Origin: a virus
Taxonomy: Duplodnaviria; Caudoviricetes
Direction: 5' to 3' (one strand)
IMG/VR virus record: IMGVR_UViG_3300042988_000114
Span: 1 to 62,034 of that record
Length of the DNA: 62,034 nucleotides
This document shows, one piece after another, positions 17,398 through 25,251 of the stretch. The notes under the pieces were generated by a model. The model was given only the letters and a program-made list of their open reading frames with translations. It was not told where the DNA came from and did not search any database. The first letter of the stretch is position 1. The number at the start of each line of letters is the position of its first letter. The translations under genes and the position numbers were made by a program.

Positions 17398-17658
17398 ATA
17401 ACGGCACTAAGGGCTTTCCTCTCAAGCGTGTGCCACACATATAACAGTAAACTATTTCTCATCTGTTATACATCCCAGTTGACTGCTGGTTCAGTGAAAA
17501 TAGTTTTGAGCTAATGCGATGGGATTCGAACCCAACCATCCCGCCCGGTTTCGCTAGTTACTTGCCCTGCAAGGCTTTCCCTAGGTACTCGGGGCCGGTA
17601 TGCCAGCCAGTACATCTCACAACCTGTCGTTCAGTCTTGCAGGACCTCCCGAGCAGTC

Positions 17659-18087
17659 TCAAAAGTCTTCTGTGATTTGACGTAGATCTTCTATGTTTTC
17701 TACGCTGCCGTCTTCGTTATATTTCACTGATCCGCCGTAGTATCCATTGTGGCTATTACGCACTTCAATGTCAATGTACCCACGATCAGTTTTGATAGTC
17801 CAGAACGCATCCTGGACCACTTCGTATCCTTCTTCTTCGTGATCCTCACCCCAACCTTTGTCTTCAACACCGGTTACTAGTGCCCCACGTAATAGATCAA
17901 AGCTGTTGCCTTCACCCAAGATAGTAACGCCGTTAATGTGGTTGAACCACACGCTGTTGCAGCAATCATTTTCGGTATCATAGCGATGAAACTTACCATC
18001 GATGGTTCTAACCACCAACGCCCAGCTATCATTACCCAGGAAAATACCGTTAATACGTTGTCCAACTAAATTTTTAAAAACGCTCAT
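17659..18087 (-). CDS. Hypothetical phage protein
   Basis: DCC and NSHNGYYGG motifs; AGGAG RBS. Confidence 0.75.
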   Translation of the reverse strand: MSVFKNLVGQRINGIFLGNDSWALVVRTIDGKFHRYDTENDCCNSVWFNHINGVTILGEGNSFDLLRGALVTGVEDKGWGEDHEEEGYEVVQDAFWTIKTDRGYIDIEVRNSHNGYYGGSVKYNEDGSVENIEDLRQITEDF

Positions 18088-18302
18088 TGCTGCTCCTTTG
18101 CGTTATTATACTGCTTTATTCTTTTTGAGTTGTTGTACAACTCCAGATTGTAGTCAAGTAATTCCCCTGGAATCGATTCACTTGTACACACGTTACAGAC
18201 GTTCTTTTTAAAGCCTTTAACATATGGGCCTGTTTCGGTCCGAAAGGTGTAGGTAACTACTTTAGTATCCTCAGACCCACAATATGCACATGAATGTTTC
18301 AT
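18084..18302 (-). CDS. Zinc-ribbon protein
   Basis: CAYC...CNVC. Confidence 0.65.
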   Translation of the reverse strand: MKHSCAYCGSEDTKVVTYTFRTETGPYVKGFKKNVCNVCTSESIPGELLDYNLELYNNSKRIKQYNNAKEQQ

Positions 18303-18313
18303 AAAGTCCTTAA

Positions 18314-18390
18314 TGGTATCTCTGGCAGGAGTCGAACCTGCTACCCCTAAGTTCGTAGCCTAGTGCTCTATCCAGATGAGCTACAGAGAT
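18314..18390 (-). tRNA. tRNA-Arg(ACG)
   Basis: Cloverleaf, loop CTACGAA, CCA end. Confidence 0.95.
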
Positions 18391-18402
18391 AAATATTTTA
18401 CT

Positions 18403-18945
18403 ATGACACAACTATTCACCGAAACCGCAAGACACCATTCAAACAGCATAAGTCGTGCTAATCCAAATTGGCGCAACGACTCAGTTTACGCTTTCTATAA
18501 AAGCGACGGAGAAGTGCTAACTTTAGCTGAGTTAGTAAATAGTTTAAACCCGCAATCTGTTCTTGATTTTGGGTGCGGCAACGGGTTGGCATTACCTTCA
18601 ATTGCAGGAGTTAATGCAAAAGGGTACGATCCATTTGTAGACGAATTTTCTACTTGGGAACCTGCTGTGTATGATTTAATAGTGTCGCATTTTGCAATTT
18701 TGCACGTCGAAGATCAATTCTTCAGCGACACAATTAAAATGTTACGTAATGCATGTGGTAAAAATTTTGTTGCCACGTTTGCTCTTACTAAACATATACC
18801 ACATCGCGATACTGAATGGTATATTAATCATCTTAAATCCCACTTTACCATTGACGACCAATACACTAGTGCGCCAATAGAATGGACTGATTCCAACAAT
18901 GTTACTACTACAAAGCAAATAGTAACCATATGGTGTTCAGTTTAA
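18403..18945 (+). CDS. Class I SAM-dependent methyltransferase
   Basis: VLDFGCGNG, GYDP. Confidence 0.8.
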   Translation: MTQLFTETARHHSNSISRANPNWRNDSVYAFYKSDGEVLTLAELVNSLNPQSVLDFGCGNGLALPSIAGVNAKGYDPFVDEFSTWEPAVYDLIVSHFAILHVEDQFFSDTIKMLRNACGKNFVATFALTKHIPHRDTEWYINHLKSHFTIDDQYTSAPIEWTDSNNVTTTKQIVTIWCSV

Positions 18946-18950
18946 GTTAT

Positions 18951-19027
18951 TGGTCCGTGTGACACGATTCGAACATGCGACCACCTGGTCCCAAACCAGG
19001 AGCTCTACCAGGCTGAGCTACACACGG
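18951..19027 (-). tRNA. tRNA-Pro(TGG)
   Basis: Cloverleaf, loop TTTGGGA, CCA end. Confidence 0.95.
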
Positions 19028-19034
19028 ATAATTT

Positions 19035-19110
19035 TGGTGGAGGTAAGGAGGATCGAACTCCTGACCTTTAGCTTGCAAAGCTACTGCTCTCCCAGCTGAG
19101 CTATACCCCC
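19035..19110 (-). tRNA. tRNA-Ala(TGC)
   Basis: G3:U70, loop TTTGCAA, CCA end. Confidence 0.95.
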
Positions 19111-19117
19111 ACTATGC

Positions 19118-19192
19118 TGGTGCCCCAGGATGGAATCGAACCACCACACCCTGCTTACAAAACAGGACCTCTACCACTAAGGATACAAGGGC
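19118..19192 (-). tRNA. tRNA-Thr(TGT)
   Basis: Cloverleaf, loop TTTGTAA, CCA end. Confidence 0.92.
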
Positions 19193-19279
19193 AAAATTCT
19201 TCCAACTGTGACCTTACGCTCTCTCCGTTGGCGATTGAGCAGCCGACATTCTTAAAGTCATCTCGGAACTGACTTAAAT

Positions 19280-19355
19280 TGGCTCCCCAGCGTGGGATCG
19301 AACCACGGACACCTTGATTAACAGTCAAGTGCAACTACCGCTGTGCTACTGGGGA
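19280..19355 (-). tRNA. tRNA-Asn(GTT)
   Basis: Cloverleaf, loop CTGTTAA, CCA end. Confidence 0.95.
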
Positions 19356-19363
19356 ATGATACA

Positions 19364-19392
19364 ATTATATATGACAAACATTACCTTGTCAA
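19364..19392 (-). promoter_or_regulatory. Consensus sigma70 promoter
   Basis: TTGACA-17-TATAAT directly upstream of tRNA-Asn. Confidence 0.85.
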
Positions 19393-19399
19393 TAAATTT

Positions 19400-19474
19400 T
19401 GGTAGCCATGGACAATTTCGAAATGTCGACCTAACGCTTATCAAGCGTTTGCTCTTCCTCTGAGCTACACGGCT
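19400..19474 (-). tRNA. tRNA-Ile(GAT)
   Basis: Cloverleaf, loop TTGATAA, CCA end. Confidence 0.92.
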
Positions 19475-19644
19475 AAAAATAAATACAGTATGAGTAAACC
19501 CAATCCAGGATTTGAAGAATTACAACAGCTCGGTTACGGAACATACCGCAACACTGTGAGCCATTCGTGCATCAAAGATTTCACTCTTACATATGCTAAA
19601 AAGACTAACGAGCTTTTTGTCCCCGACGGTCTTCCTAAACAAAT

Positions 19645-19722
19645 TGGCAGGGGTAATCGGATTCGAACCGATGATACTAATTTCAAAGACTAGTGCTTTA
19701 GGCCAGACTAAGCTATACCCCA
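19645..19722 (-). tRNA. tRNA-Gln(TTG)
   Basis: Cloverleaf, loop CTTTGAA, CCA end. Confidence 0.92.
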
Positions 19723-19736
19723 ACAAAAATTAACCT

Positions 19737-19811
19737 TGGTACTGAGTACGGGAATCGAACCCGTCTTTGCGACTTGAAAGGCCACCGTCCTTACCGATAG
19801 ACGAACCCAGT
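19737..19811 (-). tRNA. tRNA-Glu(TTC)
   Basis: Cloverleaf, loop CTTTCAA, CCA end. Confidence 0.93.
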
Positions 19812-19819
19812 ACAAAAAT

Positions 19820-19895
19820 TGGCGCCTCGTAGGGGTTTCGATCCCCTTACCTCTACAGTGACAGTGTAGTGCTCTCCCGATTGAGCTAACGAAGC
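19820..19895 (-). tRNA. tRNA-Asp(GTC)
   Basis: Cloverleaf, loop CTGTCAC, CCA end. Confidence 0.92.
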
Positions 19896-20162
19896 ATATA
19901 AAAGCAATAGCGTTACTGCAAACAGAATGAACTGAGTGGCTCGCACTATCGCGGATGTTTGTGTTAAGTTGTTTGCCGCACAACCATAACAAAGCGGGGG
20001 TCTGTGTTTGTCAACAATTTATCTCATTATACGCCGCTGACAAGGGCGAGGCTCAGTAGCAGCATTAAACAATACTGCAAAATTTGTGGAAGTTCCGATA
20101 GCACCCATCGTCACTTACAACCGTTGAGTAACCATGCATCAAAACAAGATTACTATTTGCTC

Positions 20163-20248
20163 TGGTGGAGGCGACTGGAGTTGAACCAGTAGTGTCATAA
20201 GACGGCGGATTTACAGTCCACTGGGGTTACCAATTTTCCTACACCTCC
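20163..20248 (-). tRNA. tRNA-Tyr(GTA)
   Basis: Long variable arm, loop CTGTAAA, CCA end. Confidence 0.93.
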
Positions 20249-20257
20249 AAAAACTTT

Positions 20258-20349
20258 ACCATATGTAAACACACTGAGCAAACAGCTCCTATTACAGAGT
20301 CAGTTGCTTCGTCCTTTTACAGACTTTTACTAATGTGTTTGCATATGGT
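20258..20349 (-). repeat. Conserved-stem hairpin cassette I
   Basis: accatatgtaaacacactg ... taatgtgtttgcatatggt. Confidence 0.8.
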
Positions 20350-20488
20350 GTAGTAACTGAGAGTTGAACTCAGAACGAATACTGTCATTTTACAATGGGT
20401 AATATTACCTCCCACCGCTGTATGCCCCTCGGATAATTACTTCCTACTCACATACAGGCACAGCCGTTACGCCTGTTTACCACAAACT

Positions 20489-20564
20489 TGGTACTGCGTA
20501 TGGGAATCGAACCCATCTTACTAACGTGAAAGGCTAGTGTCCTAAACCGATAGACGAACGCAGC
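20489..20564 (-). tRNA. tRNA-Glu(TTC), second copy
   Basis: Cloverleaf, loop CTTTCAC, CCA end. Confidence 0.92.
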
Positions 20565-20610
20565 ATTATTTCTAACATGTGTGTATTGTAACACACTTCT
20601 TCTTTTATTT

Positions 20611-20687
20611 TGGCGACCCCGAAAGGATTTGAACCTCTGACATTTGGTTTTGGAGACCAACGTTCTGCCGGACTGAACTACGGAGCC
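20611..20687 (-). tRNA. tRNA-Trp(CCA)
   Basis: Cloverleaf, loop CTCCAAA, CCA end. Confidence 0.92.
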
Positions 20688-20695
20688 ACTAAACA

Positions 20696-20771
<76 letters not shown>

Positions 20772-20781
20772 ATTTGATTCT

Positions 20782-20872
20782 TGGCGGAGACCGTGGGAAT
20801 CGAACCCACTCACCTGCTCATCACAAGTGTACACCTTAGCAGGGTGCTGCATTACCGGCCTGCCCGGTCTCC
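20782..20872 (-). tRNA. tRNA-Ser(GCT)
   Basis: Long variable arm, loop CTGCTAA, CCA end. Confidence 0.92.
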
Positions 20873-20927
20873 AATGTTCTATTGTTACATACATTTAGAT
20901 ATGTGTCAACAGATATTTTTAAAAATT

Positions 20928-21019
20928 TGGCGGAAAGCAGAGGAGTCGAACCCCATCCCCGTTAAGAGAACCTGGTTTTCAAGGCCAGTCGCAGGACCAT
21001 CCCCGCTGCATTACTTTCC
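20928..21019 (-). tRNA. tRNA-Ser(TGA)
   Basis: Long variable arm, loop CTTGAAA, CCA end. Confidence 0.9.
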
Positions 21020-21024
21020 ATATT

Positions 21025-21100
21025 TGGTGCCACGAACTGGAGTTGAACCAGTGACGCATAACTTTTCAGGCTATCGCTCTACCAACTGAGCTACCGCGGC
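21025..21100 (-). tRNA. tRNA-Phe(GAA), second copy
   Basis: Cloverleaf, loop CTGAAAA, CCA end. Confidence 0.93.
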
Positions 21101-21108
21101 ATATTGTT

Positions 21109-21193
21109 TGGTGGAGTTTGTCAGGGCTTTCACCTGATACTGCCCACGTGAGTTACACGCAGTTTCGTCCTATATGTTACGTATTCAAACCCC
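21109..21193 (-). ncRNA. 85-nt alanine-identity tRNA-like RNA resembling a tmRNA tRNA-like domain
   Basis: GGGGTTT/AAACTCC-ACCA with G3:U70; T arm TCAGG-TGAAAGC-CCTGA; no D stem or anticodon loop. Confidence 0.6.
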
Positions 21194-21350
21194 AAATAGG
21201 TTTTTGAGAGCCCAACTATCCTTCGGCAGGACTCACTGGATTGTCTCGTATGGGCAAGTTTAAACTACCATAGCTGCAATGTGGCTTTGTCACATACCAG
21301 ACGATATGCTATGCACTATGGGACTCAAACCCTACGTCTATCTCAAAACT

Positions 21351-21604
21351 TGGCTTCGTTAGCAGGACTCGAACCTGCGATAAGGGGCTTAAAATCGCGT
21401 ATGCTGGGTGCCCCCCGTGTTTCCCAAAGTTACCCTCACATCCCCTCAATGCCTTATCTTACGTTCAAATAGTTGGACCTGTTCCGCACTTCCCGGACTC
21501 ACAGTGTTTGGTTTTAAAGCCTACGCGATTGTTATCCATCTATCATACTAGCACATTATCTCATCTACTCAATGCTACTCTACCTTCCTCTACACTATAA
21601 CGAA
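21351..21604 (-). ncRNA. 254-nt tRNA-like RNA with a large internal insert
   Basis: Perfect acceptor TTCGTTA/TAACGAA-GCCA, U8A9, T arm GCAGGTTCGAGTCCTGC. Confidence 0.7.
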
Positions 21605-21611
21605 ATAAACT

Positions 21612-21687
21612 TGGTGGAAATAAGAGGGGTTGAACCTCTGACCGTCAACGTATGAAGCTGCTGCTCTACCAACTGAGCTATATTTCC
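21612..21687 (-). tRNA. tRNA-Met(CAT) (elongator Met or Ile2)
   Basis: Cloverleaf, loop TTCATAC, CCA end. Confidence 0.9.
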
Positions 21688-22008
21688 AAATAAAACCCTT
21701 AAGGTTTCCGGCACTGGGCTCGGACATACGATAGAATCAGTATCTATATATGATCGTCATCCTTAAGGTATTCATAAACAAACTAGTGGGACGCTGCCAA
21801 AATTATATAACATATACTGATTCGTCTAGTTTGTTTGTGAATACCCTGTATTTCTACAGGATATGTTAGGGTCGATACCCTAACCAGTTATTTGTACTCT
21901 GCTGTTACCGCCAGCATTTCATCCAACTGTCCGCCCGTTTAAAGATTATTATAGTGTTCTTTCAGGTCCTCGTTACCTGGCCATATAGGTCTTATTAACA
22001 CTGTTAAA

Positions 22009-22167
22009 CTATGCGTAAGTTCGATTCAACTGTTTGCGTTTGTCAAATTCGATTTGAGCACGTTCCAACTTGTCCTGAATCAACTGTTTACGTTGTTCTG
22101 GGGTTAGTTCATTTTCAGTTACAAACCTTACCTCACGCATACGTTTTCTTAAATCAATCTTCTTCAT
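22009..22167 (-). CDS. Small basic helical protein (52 aa)
   Basis: Manual translation MKKIDLRKRMREVRFVTENELTPEQRKQL...; AAGGA RBS. Confidence 0.65.
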   Translation of the reverse strand: MKKIDLRKRMREVRFVTENELTPEQRKQLIQDKLERAQIEFDKRKQLNRTYA

Positions 22168-22180
22168 AATTCCTTTTTAC

Positions 22181-22215
22181 AAAACAAAAAACCCTGGGTG
22201 TTTAGTCCAGGGTTC
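22181..22215 (-). terminator. Intrinsic terminator (putative attenuator) upstream of the tRNA block
   Basis: AACCCTGG-loop-CCAGGGTT followed by a U-rich tract. Confidence 0.8.
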
Positions 22216-22238
22216 TTAAGTTTGTAAGTTACTTGTTA

Positions 22239-22388
22239 TTAACAGTAACCATCTCCCTCTCGAACCCCAATTCCAAATCCCTCTGAACTGCGATCACTTT
22301 TATTAATTGCAATCGTAGACCACAAGGCTGGCATGCCTAGTGTGGGCTGTTGTTGTTTGCAATAATGATTAAAAGTGTTGTTCATCAT
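22239..22388 (-). CDS. Putative leaderless leader peptide (49 aa, all 20 amino acids)
   Basis: ATG 8 nt downstream of the -10 box; double TAA stop 23 nt before the terminator. Confidence 0.6.
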   Translation of the reverse strand: MMNNTFNHYCKQQQPTLGMPALWSTIAINKSDRSSEGFGIGVREGDGYC

Positions 22389-22395
22389 AGTACCT

Positions 22396-22424
22396 ATTGT
22401 ATATTTATTTACCTTTCGTGTCAA
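22396..22424 (-). promoter_or_regulatory. Sigma70 promoter with an embedded TAAATA
   Basis: TTGACA-17-TACAAT. Confidence 0.8.
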
Positions 22425-22463
22425 CCACGAACTGTAATTTATTTACCTTTTTCTTAAATTTAT

Positions 22464-23600
22464 TTATGATCCGAGATCATAAAACTTACTTGACAAGCGT
22501 TTAACGTTAGCATTTCCGGCCCACGTACCCAATTTGTGTTGTTGCGGCAATGTGTTCCAAAGATGCTCTATTCCAACTTTCCACGCATGCTTTGCAGCAT
22601 CGCTATCTGGTAGTTTAAAAAACCACTGATCTCTCGGAGAGTGTATCAGTGACATCGGTTTAACCTGAAAGTCAACTGGTTTCCACCCCGGGTAAACAAT
22701 GCTGTTTAATAGCTCTATTGTAAGCCATTTAACTTTTTTGTCAACCACTGTGCTGTTCATAAAGATTCTTTCTTTATCCTGGCTCAGCCCTTCTGCTTTC
22801 TTTAAAAAGTTTTTAACTGCATGTCCTTGCTTGGTCAGCAACTTAACGCAGCTTGGATCCCAATAAAATAATTCATTGTGATCCCACTCATCATTCTTTG
22901 ATTGTACAGCACTACTTACTGCATTGTCAACCGAGTCTGTGAATTTAAAGTAATAATTTTTTCCAAACCCGTGTACCATTGGTTTTTCGAGCCCGTAAAT
23001 GAATCCTACCCGTTTTCCACTTTCTATTAAACGCATCCAGTGCGGAACTGTTTGTTTAATTACTTGTTTTACTGCCGAGTTAGGGTTAACAAAATTGTTT
23101 AACCCGTATACCCATTCACTTGCGGATTGCTTACTAAAATAATCTACAGTAGGCTGAGCAATGTCAACTAATGTGTGCTGCATCCACGGCTGCTGCTGCT
23201 TTGCTACAGAAACCTTTGGTACCGCTACATTGTAAATCTCACCATTTAACCAATCTTCTTTGCTTCCAGTGGCAGCAAAGTTCACTAGACTTGCACATTC
23301 GTCTAGCCTAATGTTGTTGGTTACGAACGTATGTAGTATGTTGTCTGAGTCGCTACCACCGCTGTACCACAAAACCAAATAATCGTATTTGTCTCGAAGC
23401 TGTTGGGCTCGTTCGCGATACAACTCTTCTAAACTCTCAATTGGTTCCACGGACCAGTCATGCAGCCCGAACTCCACATCATTAAAATGCCAACTAACTT
23501 TTTGATTAGTCCGGATACTAAATTCGATTGCTTCTAGCTTACTGTAGAACTTTACTGACCCTACTAGATAGTACCCAAATTTATCCTGCCTATTATTCAT
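22464..23600 (-). CDS. PP-loop protein, paralog 2
   Basis: LRDKYDYLVLWYSGGSDS, GLEKP, ELFYW. Confidence 0.7.
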   Translation of the reverse strand: MNNRQDKFGYYLVGSVKFYSKLEAIEFSIRTNQKVSWHFNDVEFGLHDWSVEPIESLEELYRERAQQLRDKYDYLVLWYSGGSDSDNILHTFVTNNIRLDECASLVNFAATGSKEDWLNGEIYNVAVPKVSVAKQQQPWMQHTLVDIAQPTVDYFSKQSASEWVYGLNNFVNPNSAVKQVIKQTVPHWMRLIESGKRVGFIYGLEKPMVHGFGKNYYFKFTDSVDNAVSSAVQSKNDEWDHNELFYWDPSCVKLLTKQGHAVKNFLKKAEGLSQDKERIFMNSTVVDKKVKWLTIELLNSIVYPGWKPVDFQVKPMSLIHSPRDQWFFKLPDSDAAKHAWKVGIEHLWNTLPQQHKLGTWAGNANVKRLSSKFYDLGS

Positions 23601-24754
23601 AGCCCAATGTTATATACTTTTTCAAAATTCTTAAGCCCATAAGACAAGACTTTGTTACGTTTGTACTCATCTGGTACTACTGCCCACATATGCTCTAATC
23701 CAGTACGCCAGTTTGCAATCTCGGCAGAATGTTCCGACATACCATAAAACCAATCGTCCCTGTAGGTAAAAACAATAGATATCGCTTTGAACTGATAGGG
23801 TTCAAGTTTCCACTTAGGATACACAAGTTTATTAACCATATTTAAATCAAGCCATCGAACTTTTTTGTTAATAACTGTGAAGTTCCCAAACGCCTTGTCG
23901 ACCCTGTTGTCGGTTAACCATTCCTCGTCGCCTGTGGCTAATTTTAAAAAATTTTTAATCACATGAGCCTGTTTAATCATTAACGGCACACAATCCGGGC
24001 TCCAATAAAACAACTCAACGTTTTCTCGAGGATCGTTATTACGCTGCACTTGCGGGCTTACTACGCGGTCAAACATATCAAAGAATCGCACCTGATAACC
24101 AGACGACGACCAAGCAATACAAGGTTTATCAATTCCGTATATAAATCCAACTTTTTTACCACTGTCCATTAACTTTACCCATTCAGGGACTTTAAGTCTC
24201 GAGTCTTGACTAGTCATGCTGTAGGGATTAAAGAATGCGTTCATATTATACGCCCAGTCTATGGATTTTTTATCTTTAAAGAAATCCATGGTATATGCCG
24301 GGACATCAACTAAGCGGTGTATTAACCAAGGTTGTTTAACCTTGACTTCTTCAATTTTCGGAACTGTTACTTTGTAAATTTCCGCATTTAATCTATTTGT
24401 TTGGTTGCCAGTTGCTTCGTAATTAACTGCTCCAACTACTTCGTCTAGTTTGATATTGTTATCAACGAACGTATCCAGAATATTTGTGCTGTCGGCGCCA
24501 CCGCTGTACCACAAAACCAAATAATCGTATTTGTCACGAAGCTGTTGGGCTCGCTCGCGATACAACTCATTCAATGACTGTGTAGGTTCTACCTTCCAGT
24601 TGTATGCACTAAATGCCTGGTCGTTAAAGTTCCAATAAACTTTTGATTGGGTCTTTGCTGCAACCTCTAATGCTTCGACTTTGCTGTAGAATTTTAAATT
24701 ATCAACAGTATAAAATCCGTAAGCATCTTGTCTTGATGTAGGTGTAAAGGACAT
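23597..24754 (-). CDS. PP-loop protein, paralog 3
   Basis: LRDKYDYLVLWYSGGADS, GIDKP, ELFYW; start moved out of the tRNA. Confidence 0.7.
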   Translation of the reverse strand: MSFTPTSRQDAYGFYTVDNLKFYSKVEALEVAAKTQSKVYWNFNDQAFSAYNWKVEPTQSLNELYRERAQQLRDKYDYLVLWYSGGADSTNILDTFVDNNIKLDEVVGAVNYEATGNQTNRLNAEIYKVTVPKIEEVKVKQPWLIHRLVDVPAYTMDFFKDKKSIDWAYNMNAFFNPYSMTSQDSRLKVPEWVKLMDSGKKVGFIYGIDKPCIAWSSSGYQVRFFDMFDRVVSPQVQRNNDPRENVELFYWSPDCVPLMIKQAHVIKNFLKLATGDEEWLTDNRVDKAFGNFTVINKKVRWLDLNMVNKLVYPKWKLEPYQFKAISIVFTYRDDWFYGMSEHSAEIANWRTGLEHMWAVVPDEYKRNKVLSYGLKNFEKVYNIGL

Positions 24755-24757
24755 TGT

Positions 24758-24849
24758 TGGTAGGAGTGGCCGGAATCGAACCGACATTGGCCAATTATCT
24801 GTTGCACACGGGATATAAATCCGCTGTTTTACCGTTAAACTACACTCCC
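24758..24849 (-). tRNA. tRNA-Ile(TAT), long variable region
   Basis: Loop TTTATAT, normal D and T arms, CCA end. Confidence 0.8.
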
Positions 24850-24909
24850 ACTAAATCAGTGAGTTATATGTATTCGTTTAAAAGTAAAATGATTCATATC
24901 TTTAAAATT

Positions 24910-24995
24910 TGGTGCGACTGGCCGGAATCGAACCGGCACGCCATTACAGCGTCAGATTTTAAGTCTGATGTGGCTACCAATTACACCACAGTCGC
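24910..24995 (-). tRNA. tRNA-Leu(TAA)
   Basis: Long variable arm, loop CTTAAAA, CCA end. Confidence 0.95.
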
Positions 24996-25055
24996 ATAAG
25001 TTTTCTATTATAGCTGGTAAGTTTATTTATGTCAACTTGCCTAGCATTTTTATTT

Positions 25056-25133
25056 TGGTGCGACTGGAGGGACTCGAACCCCCGACCTACTGGGTAGAAG
25101 CCAGCTGCTCTAATTCCACTGAGCTACAGTCGC
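25056..25133 (-). tRNA. tRNA-Arg(TCT)
   Basis: Cloverleaf, loop CTTCTAC, CCA end. Confidence 0.93.
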
Positions 25134-25138
25134 ATGTT

Positions 25139-25214
25139 TGGTGCGCCCACTTGGATTTGAACCAAGGGCCAAAGGATTATGAGTCCTCTGCTCTTACCGC
25201 TGAGCTATAGGCGC
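25139..25214 (-). tRNA. tRNA with CAT anticodon, probably Ile2
   Basis: Loop CTCATAA; body resembles bacterial ileX-type tRNA; CCA end. Confidence 0.85.
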
Positions 25215-25251
25215 GAATACTTATTTACACAAATTGTAGCATAAAAATCTA

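Noticed and set aside
17540-17600. Hammerhead ribozyme
   Set aside because: CGAAA is present but the CUGANGA core is missing.
21351-21604. Canonical tmRNA or group I intron
   Set aside because: No G3-U70 acceptor or clear tag frame; no recognisable P7 core by eye.
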